NCBI RefSeq assembly: GCF_006345805.1
Contig: NC_042999.1
Coordinates: 14,074,001-14,138,000 of the forward strand
Origin: Octopus sinensis
Taxonomy: Eukaryota
Direction: 5' to 3'
DNA: 64,000 nt
Made by a program: the position numbers and the translations under genes. Shown piece after piece: positions 14,081-27,788 of the stretch (position 1 is the first letter of the stretch; each line of letters begins with the position of its first letter). The notes under the pieces were generated by a model that saw nothing but the letters and a program-made list of their open reading frames with translations, was not told the DNA's origin and ran no database searches.

Positions 14081-14778
14081 TATGGAGAGAGCAGTACATA
14101 GCATCAAGGTAACCCTGGGGTAAAATATATGAAGCCCAGTATACCCATCATGACTACCTGTCTGATAAGGGTATACCAGACATTGTGCAGGTGGCACGTA
14201 AAAAGCACCCACTACACTCACAGAGTGGTTGGCGTTAGGAAGGGCATCCAGCTGTAGAAACATTGCCAGATAAGACTGGAGCCTGGTGCAGCCTTCTGGC
14301 TTCCCAGATCCCCGGTCGAACCGTCCAACCCATGCTAGCATGGAGAACGGACGTTAAACGATGATGATGATGATGATGATGTGTATCACAACCATATGTG
14401 CGTGACATGGAAATCTCATATGAAGATAAACAGTACATGACCTTGCAGGTGGGGCCCAGTTAGAATTTTCTTCAGGTCAAGTGGCCCATCCCACTCAAAA
14501 GGTCCCTGAATAAGGGTTGTTTGAGGATGTTGAATGAAACACCCATGTTTCCAAAGATGAATTATCCAAACCTCAAAGAATTCCTCTCAACACATGGCTA
14601 TGATGTTCCCCCACTACTTTTGCTTGTGATCAGAGAGGCACATATCATCAGCCACTAAGGGACATGCTCAACTGGTTAAGGTCAAACAACTGACAAGCAA
14701 ATCTGTGGTATTGAGCAGAATATGTTCTGTAACCCTACTTTTATGCCAAGACAAAACAATGTACATGATAACACTTCC
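14081..14778 (-). mobile_element. (ATT)n-anchored element, copy 2, interrupted by a family A SINE (14180-14382)
   Basis: Homology to copies 1 and 3; (ATT)n on both flanks. Confidence 0.7.
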
Positions 14779-14779
14779 A

Positions 14780-14865
<86 letters not shown>

Positions 14866-15061
14866 TATCATTATTTGACATCTAGGATATACAAAAAAAT
14901 GTGACAAATGTTTTTGATTGTATTTCTGTTTGATCAAAGCATGCCTTGGGCTAAACAGCAACAACAACAAAATAACAATGACATGGCATCTTTAAACCAT
15001 TTTTTTTGAGATCATCAGATATTAACGAAATAACAAAAGACAATCAATGCCATTTCACAAG

Positions 15062-15099
15062 TAATTTGTTTTTCTCTCGGTGTATGATATTAAGTAAAG
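15062..15099 (+). CDS. Candidate micro-exon (NLFFSRCMILSK), phase 2 to 1
   Basis: Strong donor AAG|gtgagc; acceptor weak. Confidence 0.15.
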
Positions 15100-15847
15100 G
15101 TGAGCCATTGTTCTGTAAAGAATTCCAATAAATACCTAATGTTATTGCAACATTCCACCTGAAACCATTTTTCTAGAAAAAACATTGCTGTAGCCTTCTT
15201 GGTTTCCATTGACGTTGATGAATTTATTCACACTTTCAGAAGAGGCTGAACTCAGTTCCTGAAATTAACGAAACACTCATCAATTATGCAGTATTCCCAC
15301 TGCAGATCTGCTAAGTTACAGGATGTGAATATGGTAGAGTGTTTTACGAGTAATGTCAATGTAAACGCGGAAATCAAGACATGTAAATATATACACGTAC
15401 ACACAGATACACAGACACAGACACAGACAGACAGACGCACACACACACACAAACACTCAGATACACACACACAGACACACTACTATAATTAACTTTGTTG
15501 TGTGTGTGTGTGTGTGTGTAAATATATGCATACATGCATACACACACACACACACATATAAATATACATACACTCTCATACATATATACATACATACAAA
15601 CATATATATATAAATATACAATGTGTAAAGATTATATCATCATCATCATCATCATCATCATCGTTTAACGTCCGTTCTCCATGCTAGCATGGGTTGGACG
15701 GTTCGACCGGGGATCTGGGAAGCCAGAAGGCTGCACCAGGCTCCATATATATATATATATATATATATATAATCTTTACACATTGTATATTTATATATAT
15801 ATATATGCATGTATGTATGTATGTATGTATGTATGAGAGTGTATGTA

Positions 15848-15895
<48 letters not shown>

Positions 15896-16200
15896 TACAC
15901 ATTCATACATACCTACATACATACATCTACATACATATATATGTGTGTAAATGTGTATATATATATATATATATATATACATATATGCACATATGTGTGT
16001 GTGTGTGTGTACAGACACATATATTCCAAACTAAATCTTGGAGCTCGCTTATAAATGGATACTTCACATGTGATGCTTTTAGTCCTGTACTTAGTATATT
16101 TTAAACCAGAGCAGCTTTCAAGATTCTTTAGTACAAAATATCTCACTTCAGCTTTTATGACATTTTCAACTTACAATTTAAATCCTCTTGTTTATCGCAG

Positions 16201-16258
16201 TTTATCTTCTTGAACTCAGTATTACTTTAAACCAGGCTTTTAATTTAGTTGCAAGCCA
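16201..16258 (+). CDS. Candidate micro-exon (YLLELSITLNQAFNLVAS), phase 1 to 2
   Basis: Acceptor cctcttgtttatcgcag|, donor CA|gtaaat, only one open frame. Confidence 0.2.
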
Positions 16259-16767
16259 GTAAATTTCAGGAATACTACAAGGATCAGTTCTTAGACCACT
16301 TTTGGTGATTAATCTAGTTTCATTTTACTGAGTGCATCTTATCTTTTGGATTTTTTTTCTATTAATTTCTGAAGTTCTTTTTTTTTTTTGTGAATGACAT
16401 AAATCTTTTAATCTTTTACTAATCTTTTAAATCTATTAAGAATTGTATCAAAATATGTTGAAGACTACTAAGCTGTGGTTAAAAGCAAATCAAACTTCCA
16501 TTTATCTTAATGCAAAGTGAAACAGTATTTGTCTTAAGTTCCATGCCAAGTTAAAATTTATATAAGAACTCAATGTTGGTACGGTAACATACCAGGTTAG
16601 GTCACAGTTTCCTAGTGCACTATTAAAAGCTTCTGAGCCTCAGCTTACACTGATAGCCTGTTTCAGGATCATAACATAACAAAAAAAAGAACTCGGTACA
16701 TCAATTTACTGAAGCACTCATCAATTACACAGTGCTCCCATTGCTTACGGTAAAAAAGTCAAACATA

Positions 16768-16924
16768 GGCGCAGGAGTGGCTGTGTGGTAAGAAGCTTGC
16801 TTACCAACCACATGGTTCTAGGTTCATTCCCACTGCATGGCACCTTGAGCAAGTGTCTTCTATTATAGCCTCAGGCCGACCAAAGCCTTGTGAGTGGATT
16901 TGGTAGATGGAAACTGAAAGAAGC

Positions 16925-16930
<6 letters not shown>
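16768..16930 (+). mobile_element. tRNA-derived SINE family C (AGGCGCAGGAGTGGCTGTGTGGTAAG... CCTTGRGCAAGTGTCTTC)
   Basis: tRNA-like head. Other copies near 19020-19375, 23320-23715, 33625-34065, 35250-35385, 35535-35690, 46075-46460. Confidence 0.85.
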
Positions 16931-16970
<40 letters not shown>

Positions 16971-18559
16971 CTTATGATAAAAGGCAGATTTTCTCTGCCT
17001 GTTCCCATGTTTCTTTTTAATACAATTCTACAATATAGAATTTCTTCAATTGGAATTTACCTATAATTTTTCCAAGTAGATTCAATTGGGTCATGGCATC
17101 ATCATCATCATCGTTTAACGTCCGTTCTCCATGCTAGCATGGGTTGGACGGTTTGACCGGGGATCTGGGAAGCTAGAAGGCTGCACCAGGCTCCGGTCTT
17201 ATCTGGCTTGACCCCCAATTAAGCAAAATTTCGAGAAAACACAATATTTTACGATTTGCCTCTCTCATTTCAAGTGGTTTACTCCTGCTATTACCACCAC
17301 ACTTTCTCCCACTTTCTCTTTGCAAGTGTGAAACTATTAAAGTGAAAGCATTATATAACAGGGATGAGCCATTAATAGTGGTCATCCTTTTTGCTAGAGG
17401 AAGATCCGCTATGGTCTTATATGCTACACCACTGGTTTTCAATTCATATTAATCAAATTAATATTTAATTTTTCACCCTTATTATGTGTGTGTGTGTGTG
17501 TGTGTGTGTATTAGCAATTCATATAACATTGCATCAATGACTTGAACTAAGCGGTTTCACATAAATGGGGATAAATTAAAAAGGTTTGTTGTTATTATTA
17601 TTACTGTTAGACTATTGTAATCACGTTTGTTGGTTCCTCATCAGGGAAACGTTGTTGTGTTGCATTTGTTAAATAATTGTAAACCGTAACCCTCCCCCTT
17701 TCGGAGAAGGGGCTTTGGTTATTGTTTAAAAATTGAATTGTGTCCTTGTTTGGGGGAAGTTTACATCCCCGTAACCTAGTGGTTTCGAAAAAGAGACTAA
17801 TAGAATAAGTACTAGGCTTACAAAGAATAAGTCCTGGGGTCAATTTGTTCAACTAAAGGTGGTGCTCCAGCATGGCTGCAGTCAAATGACTGAAACAAAT
17901 AAAAGAATATAAGAATAAAAGAATACAAGGTTTCCTCTTTGTCACCATAGCTGCCATATTTTTCAAGTTCAGTGTATAACTAGGTTGAGGAAATATCAGA
18001 TAAGCATTTGAAGGGCTGTTGTTTTTGCAACTTGCTGTGTTTCTTTTATTCTTTCAATCATGGGACCCTCTTTAGGTTTGCAAGTCACATGGTGACCTCA
18101 TTGATGCAGGTGCCATGGAAAAAGCACCTACTACCCTCTGTAAAGTGGTTGTCGAATCAAGCAGAGACAATGTACAGTGGAGAAGACTAGTTAGCCTTCC
18201 TGAGGGTGTGAGGATCTCTCTACTGCTGGGGTCATGAAAAAATAAATCCAGTGAATTCTTATTTCTTTATTGCCCACAGGAGGCTAAACATAGAGGGGAC
18301 AAACAAGGACAGACAAAGGGATTAAGTCAATTACATCGACCCTGAAAGGATGAAAGGTAAAGTCGACTTCGGCGAAATTTGAACTCAGAACGTAACAGCT
18401 GACGAAATACCGCTGATGAAAAACCCAGTGAATTCTGTGAAGTGGTTGGTGTTAGGAAGAGCAACAAGTGGAAGAACCCATGCCAAAACTAAGACATTAA
18501 AACAAGATGTGGTGCTCCAACATACAAGATCCTGTAAAAATGTTCAACCCATACCAGCA

Positions 18560-18835
18560 TAGAAAGCAGATGTAAAATGATGGAGAGGATAAGAAATAGG
18601 ATCAAAAGAAAGGGTAGTCGGAAGAGAAAGGGAGGAAAGGGAAAAGGGGAGGAGGAAGTGAAGGGGGAGAAGGTGTAAAGGAGGAGGAAGGGGGGTAGGA
18701 TGAAAGAAGGGGAGAGGGAAGGGAAAAGGAGGAGAAAGGGAAAGGCAGGAGGAATGGAAAGAGGAGGAGGAAGGGAAAAGAAGGAGGAAGGAAAAAGGAA
18801 GAGGAAGGGGTAGGAGGAAGGGAAGGGGGTAAGGA
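18560..18835 (+). repeat. Polypurine (GGA/GAA-rich) low-complexity tract
   Basis: Nearly all purines on the plus strand. Confidence 0.85.
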
Positions 18836-19953
18836 AACTTCCATGGGGTCTTCAACAAGTGACTTAAGTGCTGCAACAAGAGCATGGAAGTCAGAGGATG
18901 TTACTTTGAAGGAGAATAGGGTGTTGTACTTCACTGAAATAAATAAATGTATTTCCTGGAAAAGTTTTAAAACTTCTGGAATGTACCTTGAATACTCTTT
19001 TATTTGTTTCAGTCATGAGACTATGACCATGGTGGAGCATCGCCTTTAATCGAGCAAATCGACCCCAGGATTTATCCTTTGTAAGCCTTGTACTTATTCT
19101 ATCGGTCACTTTTGCCAAACCACTAGGTTATAGGGATGTAAACACACCAACATCAGTTGTCAAGTGACAGTGGGGGGACAAATACAGACACACAAACATA
19201 TACACACAACGACGGGTTTCTTTCAGTTTCCGTCTACCAAATCCATTCACAAGGCTTTGGTTGGCCCGAGTCTATAGTAGAAGACACTTGCCCAAGGTGC
19301 CACACAGTGGGAATGAACCCGGAACCATGTGGTTTGTAAGCTACTTACCACACAGCCACTCCTATGCCTATAGTACCTAATTCAATATAAATCATCTCAA
19401 CACCTCATCACCAGAATTTATGTTTATCTCTTCAAAGCTACTACTGGTTTTTTCTCCCTCTTTCCCCTGAATGTAAGTGGCCTTCTAGCTCCTCTACAAG
19501 AAGAACCTGCTCTGCCACAGCCCCTTTTTATATTTTAATCTTCATCTCCTAGCATAAAACTACTCCACCATCCACCGTTCCTTGGGTTTCATAGTTTTGT
19601 GAGTTGTATCATGATCTCACAAGTGCCAGTGGGAGAGAAAAATATTCAAATGATTGGCATTAGGAAGGAAATTGAGCCATAGAAACAATGGCAAGATCAG
19701 ACGCTGGGACACAATGCAGTTGACAAGATTGACAGTTTGACAATGATTGGACCAATCAGATCTTGTCAAACTGTCCAACTCATCCCATTATGGAATGCAA
19801 ACATTAACTGATTATGTGAGTGTGTATATATGTGTGTGTGTATGTATGTATGTGTGTGTCTAAGAAATAATTGAGATTCAGTTGAATTAGGTATTTAAGT
19901 TGAAGCACCAAGTCAGTTGGTATTATTCACACAACCCGAAGTAAGGTGAATAA

Positions 19954-20215
19954 AATCAAAATAAGCAACAGGATATCAAGTAGTGATGTAGTAAGACCGT
20001 TTCAAGTGGTTCCATTTAATTGAACAATGCAATCATTACATCAATTTCATGTGTTAACACAAACATGGTGACAAGTGAAATGGTCACACTTTATTCCATC
20101 GTCATCATCATCATCATCATCATCTGCTTTTAAATTGATGTAATGATTGCAATGTTCAATTAAATAGAGCTGCTTGAAACGGTCGTGCAGCATCACTATT
20201 CTGTTGCTTATTTTG

Positions 20216-20218
<3 letters not shown>
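19954..20218. mobile_element. Fold-back / MITE-like element with ~90-bp imperfect inverted arms
   Basis: Arms 19954-20047 and 20132-20218. The spacer motif CATGTGTTAACACAAACAYGG recurs, inverted, near 21910. Confidence 0.7.
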
Positions 20219-20253
<35 letters not shown>

Positions 20254-20345
20254 ATGTAGGATGAAATTTTTTTCGAAAGAAAAAAATTTTATCAATGGCC
20301 AGCATATTAAAAAATACCTTTAACGGTTAAAATTATAAACAATTC

Positions 20346-20526
20346 ATAAATAAGGGTAAACGAAAAAATTTCTAATGCCAAATATGCCGAAAAATTGGAC
20401 ATATTGTCCATAACCATATAATTTTTTACACGCATGCATATTGTGAAAAATTATATGGTAATGGACAATATGTCCAATTTTTTGGCGTATTTGGCATTAG
20501 AAATTTTTTCGGTTGCCCTTATTTAT
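20346..20526. repeat. Near-perfect ~180-bp palindrome
   Basis: ATAAATAAGGGTAAACGAAAAAATTTCTAATGCCAAAT... is mirrored about CGCATGCATA near 20435. Confidence 0.85.
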
Positions 20527-20795
20527 AAGTTGTATATATATATGTATATGCACAAAAATTTTATAATTATAAGCATAATTATAATTAGGGTTTAGCAAAA
20601 ATTGTTTCACCACATACAGAAATTTAGAAATAGCAGTTAAATACTATTCCACTACCATAAGATATCTCCCAGAACTCACACAGCTCTTTTGTATCAGGTT
20701 ACTGATAATGATTCTTTTAACATACTGAACTACTTGGTAAAATTATTAATTATCAATTGATTAATTAATTTTACACTTTATTATTTTTATTATTA

Positions 20796-20877
<82 letters not shown>

Positions 20878-22079
20878 TATATATATCGAACATTAGGCCA
20901 CACCGAGGGAATGACTAGTGACCGAGACCTTTAGAAATATGCTGTGCGTGAGAAGACCCAGCAGAACAAGTGAGACCATAAGCCATGGCCTTTACCAGGG
21001 ATGTAGACAGCCCACTTATGCATACCTTTCCTTCTTTGGACACAAAACTCTGCTTGCGAAGACCTGTTGGGGCAAGTCAAATCAAAATCGAACCAAATTC
21101 GATGACTGGCACCCATGCCAGTGGAGTGCTAACAGTTCCATCCAAGCGGGATGACTACCAGAACAGCTGTCTAGCTTCCATGCTGGTGGCACGTAAAAAA
21201 CATCATTTGAGCATGATCGTTACCAGCATCACCTTACTGGCACTTGTGCCGGTGGCACATGAACAAAACATTCAAGTGAGGTCATTGCCAGTGCCCCTGA
21301 AATGACTCCTGTGCAGGTGGCATGTAAAAAACACCATTTTCAAACATGGCTGTTGCCAGTACCGCCAGACTGGCCCTCATGCCGGTGGCACGTAAAAGCA
21401 CCCACTACACTCTCGGAGTGGTTGGCGTTAGGAAGGGTATCCAGCTGTAGAAACTCTGCCTGATCAAGATTGGAACCTGGTGCAGCCATCTAGTTTGCCA
21501 GTCCTCAGTCAAATCATCCAACCCATGCTAGCATGGAAAGCGGACATTGAACGATGATGATGATGATGATGATGATGATGATATATATATATATACAAAG
21601 CCCTTTCTCTCTTTTCTTGTGTTTCATAGTCTTGTGAGCTGTAGGGTGATCTTACTAGTCCTGGTGACACAACAAAAGCACCCAATGCTTACAGTAGAGT
21701 GGTTGGTGTTAGTCAGGGCATCAAGCTGTAGAAATCAGGCCAAAAGAGACACTAGAGCACAACGTAGTCCTTGGAGACATCACATCCTGTCAAACCATAC
21801 AACTCACACCAGCACACAGGTAACAGATGTTAAACGACAATGACGACGACAACGATGATGATGATAATGATGATGATGGAATATAATGGAATAAAGTCCG
21901 TCCATTTCCACTTCTCACCGTGTTTGTGTTAACACATGAAAAATGACCAAAAGATTGAAATGAATGGAATTAACATTGCAAATATGAAGTCCACAAATCA
22001 AAATCTACTTACTACACAATATTGACATTTTTGACTGGTCACATTGATTAGTGTCTGCTACTAGTGTTGTCTACAGTCT

Positions 22080-22397
22080 AAACGAGGGTGTGTGTGTGTG
22101 GGGGGGGGTGTATGTGTATGTGCAAGTGTGTGTTTATATATATATATATATGTGTGTGTTTGCTTATATATATATATATATATATGTACTTAATATATGT
22201 ATTCACATAAACCTATGTATTTACATATGTATGTATGGTATGTATACAATTCTTTATGTATGTATATGCATAATGTATGAATATCCATATATATGTATGT
22301 AAGTGTATATGAATGCGTACATACATACATGCGTACATACATACAGACATTCATACATACAATTATGCATATATGTATATATATATATATATTATAT

Positions 22398-22440
<43 letters not shown>

Positions 22441-22639
22441 GTATATATATGTGTGTGTATATATATATGTATATATATATATATGTATATATATATATGT
22501 ATATATATATGAATATATATATGAATATATATATATATATGTATATATATATATGTGTGTGTATGTATGTATATATATGTGTGTGTATATATATATGTAT
22601 GTATGTATGTATATATATGTATGTGTGTGTATGTATGTA

Positions 22640-22677
<38 letters not shown>

Positions 22678-22880
22678 GCATATACTTATGTATGTATGTA
22701 TGTATGTATGTATGTGCTTATGTATGCTTGTATATGCATATGTATGTACATACATACATGTGTATGTAAGTATGTATATGTATGTATGCATATATGTATG
22801 TACGTACGTATGTACATATGTATGAATGTATGTATGTATGTATGTATGTATGTACGTATGTGTGTATGTGCGTATGCATG
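22080..22880. repeat. Compound (AT)n/(ATGT)n microsatellite
   Basis: Direct inspection. Confidence 0.95.
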
Positions 22881-23793
22881 ATTTTCCCTGAGATTTATTT
22901 AAATTCTTCCCCACAGAATTCGAGCTGACACTAACTCAGTGACAAAGCTTCTTTGTTTGCGTTAAGACAGTTCTAAGAATTTATGACTATGTGAATGCCA
23001 GTTAATGTGTGTGTGCATATGTATATGCATGTTCCCTTATCATGCATTTAATTTCTCACACACTCACACACACACACATATATATGTATCAGGGCCTAGA
23101 TTTCCATATATGGTGAGTTAATGAAGATATTTATGTATGTGTGGATGTGTTTGCATGAGCCTATTGGCTGTACAAGTGTCTTTAGTATAATAGTGCATCC
23201 TTGATTTACATATAGGTGTGTGTATGTGTGTATGTCTATGTATGTAAATGTATGTCTATATATATGTGTGTGTATGTGTGTGTGTGTATAGATATACTCT
23301 TTTCTCTTTTTACTCTTTCACTTGTTTCAGTCATTTGACTGCGGCCATGCTGGAGCACCGCCTTTAATCGAGCAACTCGATCCCAGGACTTATTCTTTTG
23401 TAAGCCCAGTACTTATTCTATCGGTCTCTTTTTGCCGAACCACTAAGTAACGGGGACATAAACACACCAGCATCGGTTGTCAAGAAATGCTAGGGGGACA
23501 AACACGGACACACAAACACACACACGCATATATATATATATACATATATACGACGGGCTTCTTTCAGTTTCTGTCTACCAAATCCACTCACAAGGCTTTG
23601 GTTGGCCCGAGGCTATAGTAGAAGACACTTGCCCAAGGTGCCACGCGGTGGGACTGAAACCAGAACCATGTGGTTGGTAAGTCAGCTACTTACCACACAG
23701 CCACTCCTGCGCCTATGTGTATATATATATACACATCAAAATGTAACCCTGTGTGAATCGTTGGCGATTTTCCTCCGTCTTCCTTTTCTGTCA

Positions 23794-24880
23794 TGTCATC
23801 CCATAAGTTCTGTCCGATTTTACCTTTTCTAAAATTGAATGAAATTTAATAGTATTTTAGAATGTCTAAAGGAATTAAAAATTATTTTTATGCATTTGTG
23901 TATATTTAAACTAATTGAATATTATTTCACAGAATAATAGAATTAAAATTTCTTTGATTAACCCTTTCGTTACCAACCCGGCTGAAACTGCCTCTAGCTC
24001 TGAGTACAAATGTCTTGTTTTCCTAAGTTTTCAATTAAAATCTTCCACCAAACCTTAGTCACAATTTATGTTCCTAACACTAGCTGAATGATAACTAAGT
24101 TATTTTACTAAATTCTTTGTTATATTTAAAGTAATTGAAAGAAACACAGAGCATCTCAAAATAAATTCAGTAACGGAAGGGTTAAAACCCTTTCTAACAT
24201 GGAAGTATCCAAACCAAAGAGCATTTGAGACACATAATGCTTTATGAGTACAAAAAAGGAAACTCTGCAGCCAAAGCGACTCGAAACAGACACTCAGTTT
24301 ATGGGAAAGAATGCTTGAATGAAAGAAGTTGCAGAAGATGGTTTGCAAAATTCAGAAGTAGAGATTTCAGCCTTATCAGTTGAAGGATTGGCAATAAAGC
24401 TCAGTTCAAGCCATACAACTGTTCATCGTCATCTTCAACATTTTGGAAAAGTTGCTAAACTTGGAAAAAGGGGCGTCAGGAATTGTCTAAAAGCAACTGC
24501 AAGTCCCGAGTTAACATCTGCTCTTCTCTCTATTCTTGTGAAATCATTTCACCCTTTTTGGATAGACTTGTGACTGGTGACGAAAAATGGATCTTCTATC
24601 GAAATGTTAAATGTCATAAACAGTGGGTTGGTAAAAGGGAAAAGGCTCAACCTCAGCCAAGAAGGGAACTTCATGGGAAAAAGGTTCTTCTCTCTATCTG
24701 ATGGGATTGCAAAAGAGTAATTCACTTTGAATTGTTACCACTTAATGCAACAATCAATTCTCAAGTCAGCAATTAGAGCATTTGAACCAACCTTTGAAGA
24801 AAAAAAGACCCACTTTAGTGAATCGAAAAGGAATGATGTTTCATTTGGTAGAAGTTTTGATAGAAATGTTCCACGAGTAT
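23794..24880 (+). mobile_element. Decayed mariner (Hsmar1/cecropia-like) transposon, 3'-truncated
   Basis: TIR-like CCCATAAGTTCTGTCCGA near 23800; ATG at 24199; KEHLRHIMLYEYKKGNSAAKATRN...RRWFAKFR; PFLDRLVTGDEKWIFY; LHGKKVLLSI*WD; ELLP..TIN; frameshifts and stops present. Confidence 0.85.
23962..24181. mobile_element. piggyBac-type MITE nested in the mariner 5' region
   Basis: TTAA|CCCTTTCGTTAC ... GTAACGGAAGGG|TTAA; inverse copy at 48700-48920. Confidence 0.8.
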
Positions 24881-24892
24881 TCCTTGTTTTGC

Positions 24893-24931
<39 letters not shown>

Positions 24932-25145
24932 ATCTATGCATGCGTGTATGTATAGATGCTTGTAGATCATTGAGTGGGCGGGTCTGTATGTTGTGAATTA
25001 TGTATACATATATTTGTATGTATCATGGTGTCTAGATATCACATGCTAGACATTCAAAATATTTTACATATTTTCACAGTTTCATTAATACCCTGTTATC
25101 ATAATTTCTTAATTAGCCATGTGTTTCTTGTTTTGTGAAACTCAG

Positions 25146-25204
25146 ATTCTTAAGATTGCTGTTGAAGCAGTTAAGTACACAAGCAAATATCTCATTAATT
25201 ACAG
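25146..25204 (+). CDS. Candidate exon (ILKIAVEAVKYTSKYLINY), phase 0 to 2
   Basis: Pyrimidine-rich acceptor gtttcttgttttgtgaaactcag|, donor CAG|gtacaa, protein-like composition; gene not recognised. Confidence 0.3.
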
Positions 25205-25741
25205 GTACAAATTTAAAGTTATAGTTTGCTTTCAGTATCTACAGATTTCTCATTAAACCAGAACAGATGCTTTCATTTTCTTTTATCTTCGATATTTTGT
25301 TTATGTAGGCTAGACAACTGTTTTTTTTTACTGCTGTGCACACAGACTTGTCTTTTCTGATCATTGCTGTCTTCTCTCTGTTCCTAATCAATATATCTAG
25401 CCTGTTGTCTTCTCTTTGTTCCTGATCATTATATTTGGTACCGGTCAATGTGGTTGACTGGGGTCACTATAACTGATTAATGCCCTTTCACAAAATTTAT
25501 AGATTAACTTCTACTCTCAAATTTTGGGCCTTTTGAAAAGGTTACCATTATCATCATCCTCATGCCGGTGGCATGTAAAAGCACCCACTACACTCTCGAA
25601 GTGGTTGGCATTAGGAAGGGCATCCACCTGTAGAAAATCTGCCAGATCAAGATTGAAGCCTGGTGCAGCCATCTGGTTCGCCAGCCCTCAGTCTAATCGT
25701 CCAACCCATGCTAGCATGGAGAGTGGACGTTAAACAATGAC

Positions 25742-25795
<54 letters not shown>

Positions 25796-25850
25796 CATTA
25801 TTATCATTATTATTATTATTATTATTTATTATTATTATTATTATTATTAT

Positions 25851-26392
25851 AGAGGGGTAGAGCAGTGCATGCCATCAAAATGCCATCACTGGGGTAAAAT
25901 ATACAAAGCCCAGCATACCCATCATGACTACCCGTCTGATAAGGGTACACCAGGCACATGCATCACAATCATATGTGTGCAACATGGTGATCGCATATCA
26001 AGATAAACAGCAAATGACCTTGCAGGTGGGGCCCAGTTAGAATTTTCTTCCGGTCGAGTAACCCATCCCGCTCAAAATGTCCCTGAAAAAGGGTTGTTTA
26101 AGGATGTTGAAAGAACCACCCATGTTTCCAGAGGTGAATTATTCAAACCCCAAAGAATCCCTCTCAACGCAGGGTTATGATTCTCCTCCACTAATTCTGC
26201 TCATGATCAGAGATGCACACAATGTCAACCCCTTAGGGACATGCTCACTGGTTAAGGTCAAACAACTGACAAGCAAATCTGTGGTTTTGAGCAGAATATT
26301 TGCTGTAGCCCATCTTTTATACCAAGACAAAACAATGTGCATGATAACACTTCCAATCAGTTAAGATGAGACGCCACAAGAGCCACTGCCGA
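25851..26392 (-). mobile_element. (ATT)n-anchored element, copy 3, between a long (ATT)n and a long (CTT)n
   Basis: Homology to copies 1 and 2. Confidence 0.7.
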
Positions 26393-26444
26393 GTTCTTCT
26401 TCTTCTTCTTCTTCTTCTTCTACTTCTTCTTCTTCTTCTTCTTC

Positions 26445-26476
<32 letters not shown>

Positions 26477-26567
26477 CTTCTTCTTCTTCTTCTTCTCCTC
26501 CTCCTCCTCCTCCTCCTTCTTCTCCTCCTCCTCCTCCTTCTTCTTCTCCTTCTCCTTCTTCTTCTTT

Positions 26568-26598
<31 letters not shown>

Positions 26599-27164
26599 TT
26601 ATTGTTGTTGTTGTTATTATTATTATTATTATCATTATTTGATGAAAGCTCTCAGCTTATTTTGCTCGGTATGATGGAAAGTGTCAGCTGTCCACAGCCA
26701 GCGGACTAAGGTGACACTTGTTTGCTGATCATGCCTTGAGGACAGTGTGAAGAACTCTTGCAGTTCCAAGCAATGATGATTGCACTCTCTGAGTGCTTTA
26801 TTATTATTATTATCATTATTATTATTATCATTATTATTATTATCATAATATTTTAAAAGGATTGACGTAACTCTTCACAAAGTTAAATAGTCAAGATGAA
26901 GAGCATGATTCGATTGTAAGATATTTTATTAGTTGAATGATATTTCAACAGTACCTCTGTCTTTTTCAAGTTCAAAATAAGAAGTGATAAAAATTCAAAA
27001 TTACAGAAATTTAAATTTAAAGTATGAACTAGAGCAACAAGCATCCACACGTTGATGGAATTACATCATCAGTCTTAAAGTTTCAATTTTATAACAGGCG
27101 AAAAGAAAAAGAGACAGAAAAAAAGACAGAAAGAAAAATGAAAGAAAAAAGAAAAGAAGAATAT

Positions 27165-27788
27165 TTAATCAAACAGTTTTGTATAAATTTGATGATATTC
27201 TGCTGTCATTTTATTCATTCCTCCAGGGTGTGATGTTAATAACCCGTAAACATATTTCTCCTCATGCATCTTGAGAAGTGAAAGTGAAACAGATTCATAA
27301 TATTTTCCGAGAGTATGCACTTTCAAGTCTTCTTCAAAATTGCAGCTGTTTGAAGCAAAATATTCAGCAAATTCTGTTGAACTACTGTTATTGTGTTTGA
27401 CGTCATATCTGTGCCCATTAAGTCGTTTGTTTAATTGTTCTGTTGTACAACCAACATAAATCAAGTTGTGTTTCATGCATTTTGCCGTATACACCAAATG
27501 GGAATCTCTACATGTTCCATCTTCTGTATAAATCATAACATTTCTGCTATGATTCCTGATGAAATTCACTTGACTCATGTTGTTGCACAACAAACAGGGC
27601 TTACCTCTCTTGTGGCTGCTTTTTAAGACACTGCATGCAGATACTCCAATATTCATTTTCTTGGAGACAGAAATAGAGGTCAATAATTCTCTTATATTCT
27701 TATTCTGTCCGAAGGCTACAATAGGCAGCTGAGGAATTATCTGTTTGAAATGAGGATATTCTTTTTGCCCCATGTTGGTAACTTTCAT
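27165..27788 (-). pseudogene. Open 207-codon GIY-YIG endonuclease portion of the Penelope-like element
   Basis: ORF track; VY...YVG motif followed by RLNGH. Confidence 0.8.

Noticed and set aside
17615-17655. CTGATGA on the minus strand as another hammerhead
   Set aside because: No GAAA, no valid NUH triplet and no stem I pairing.
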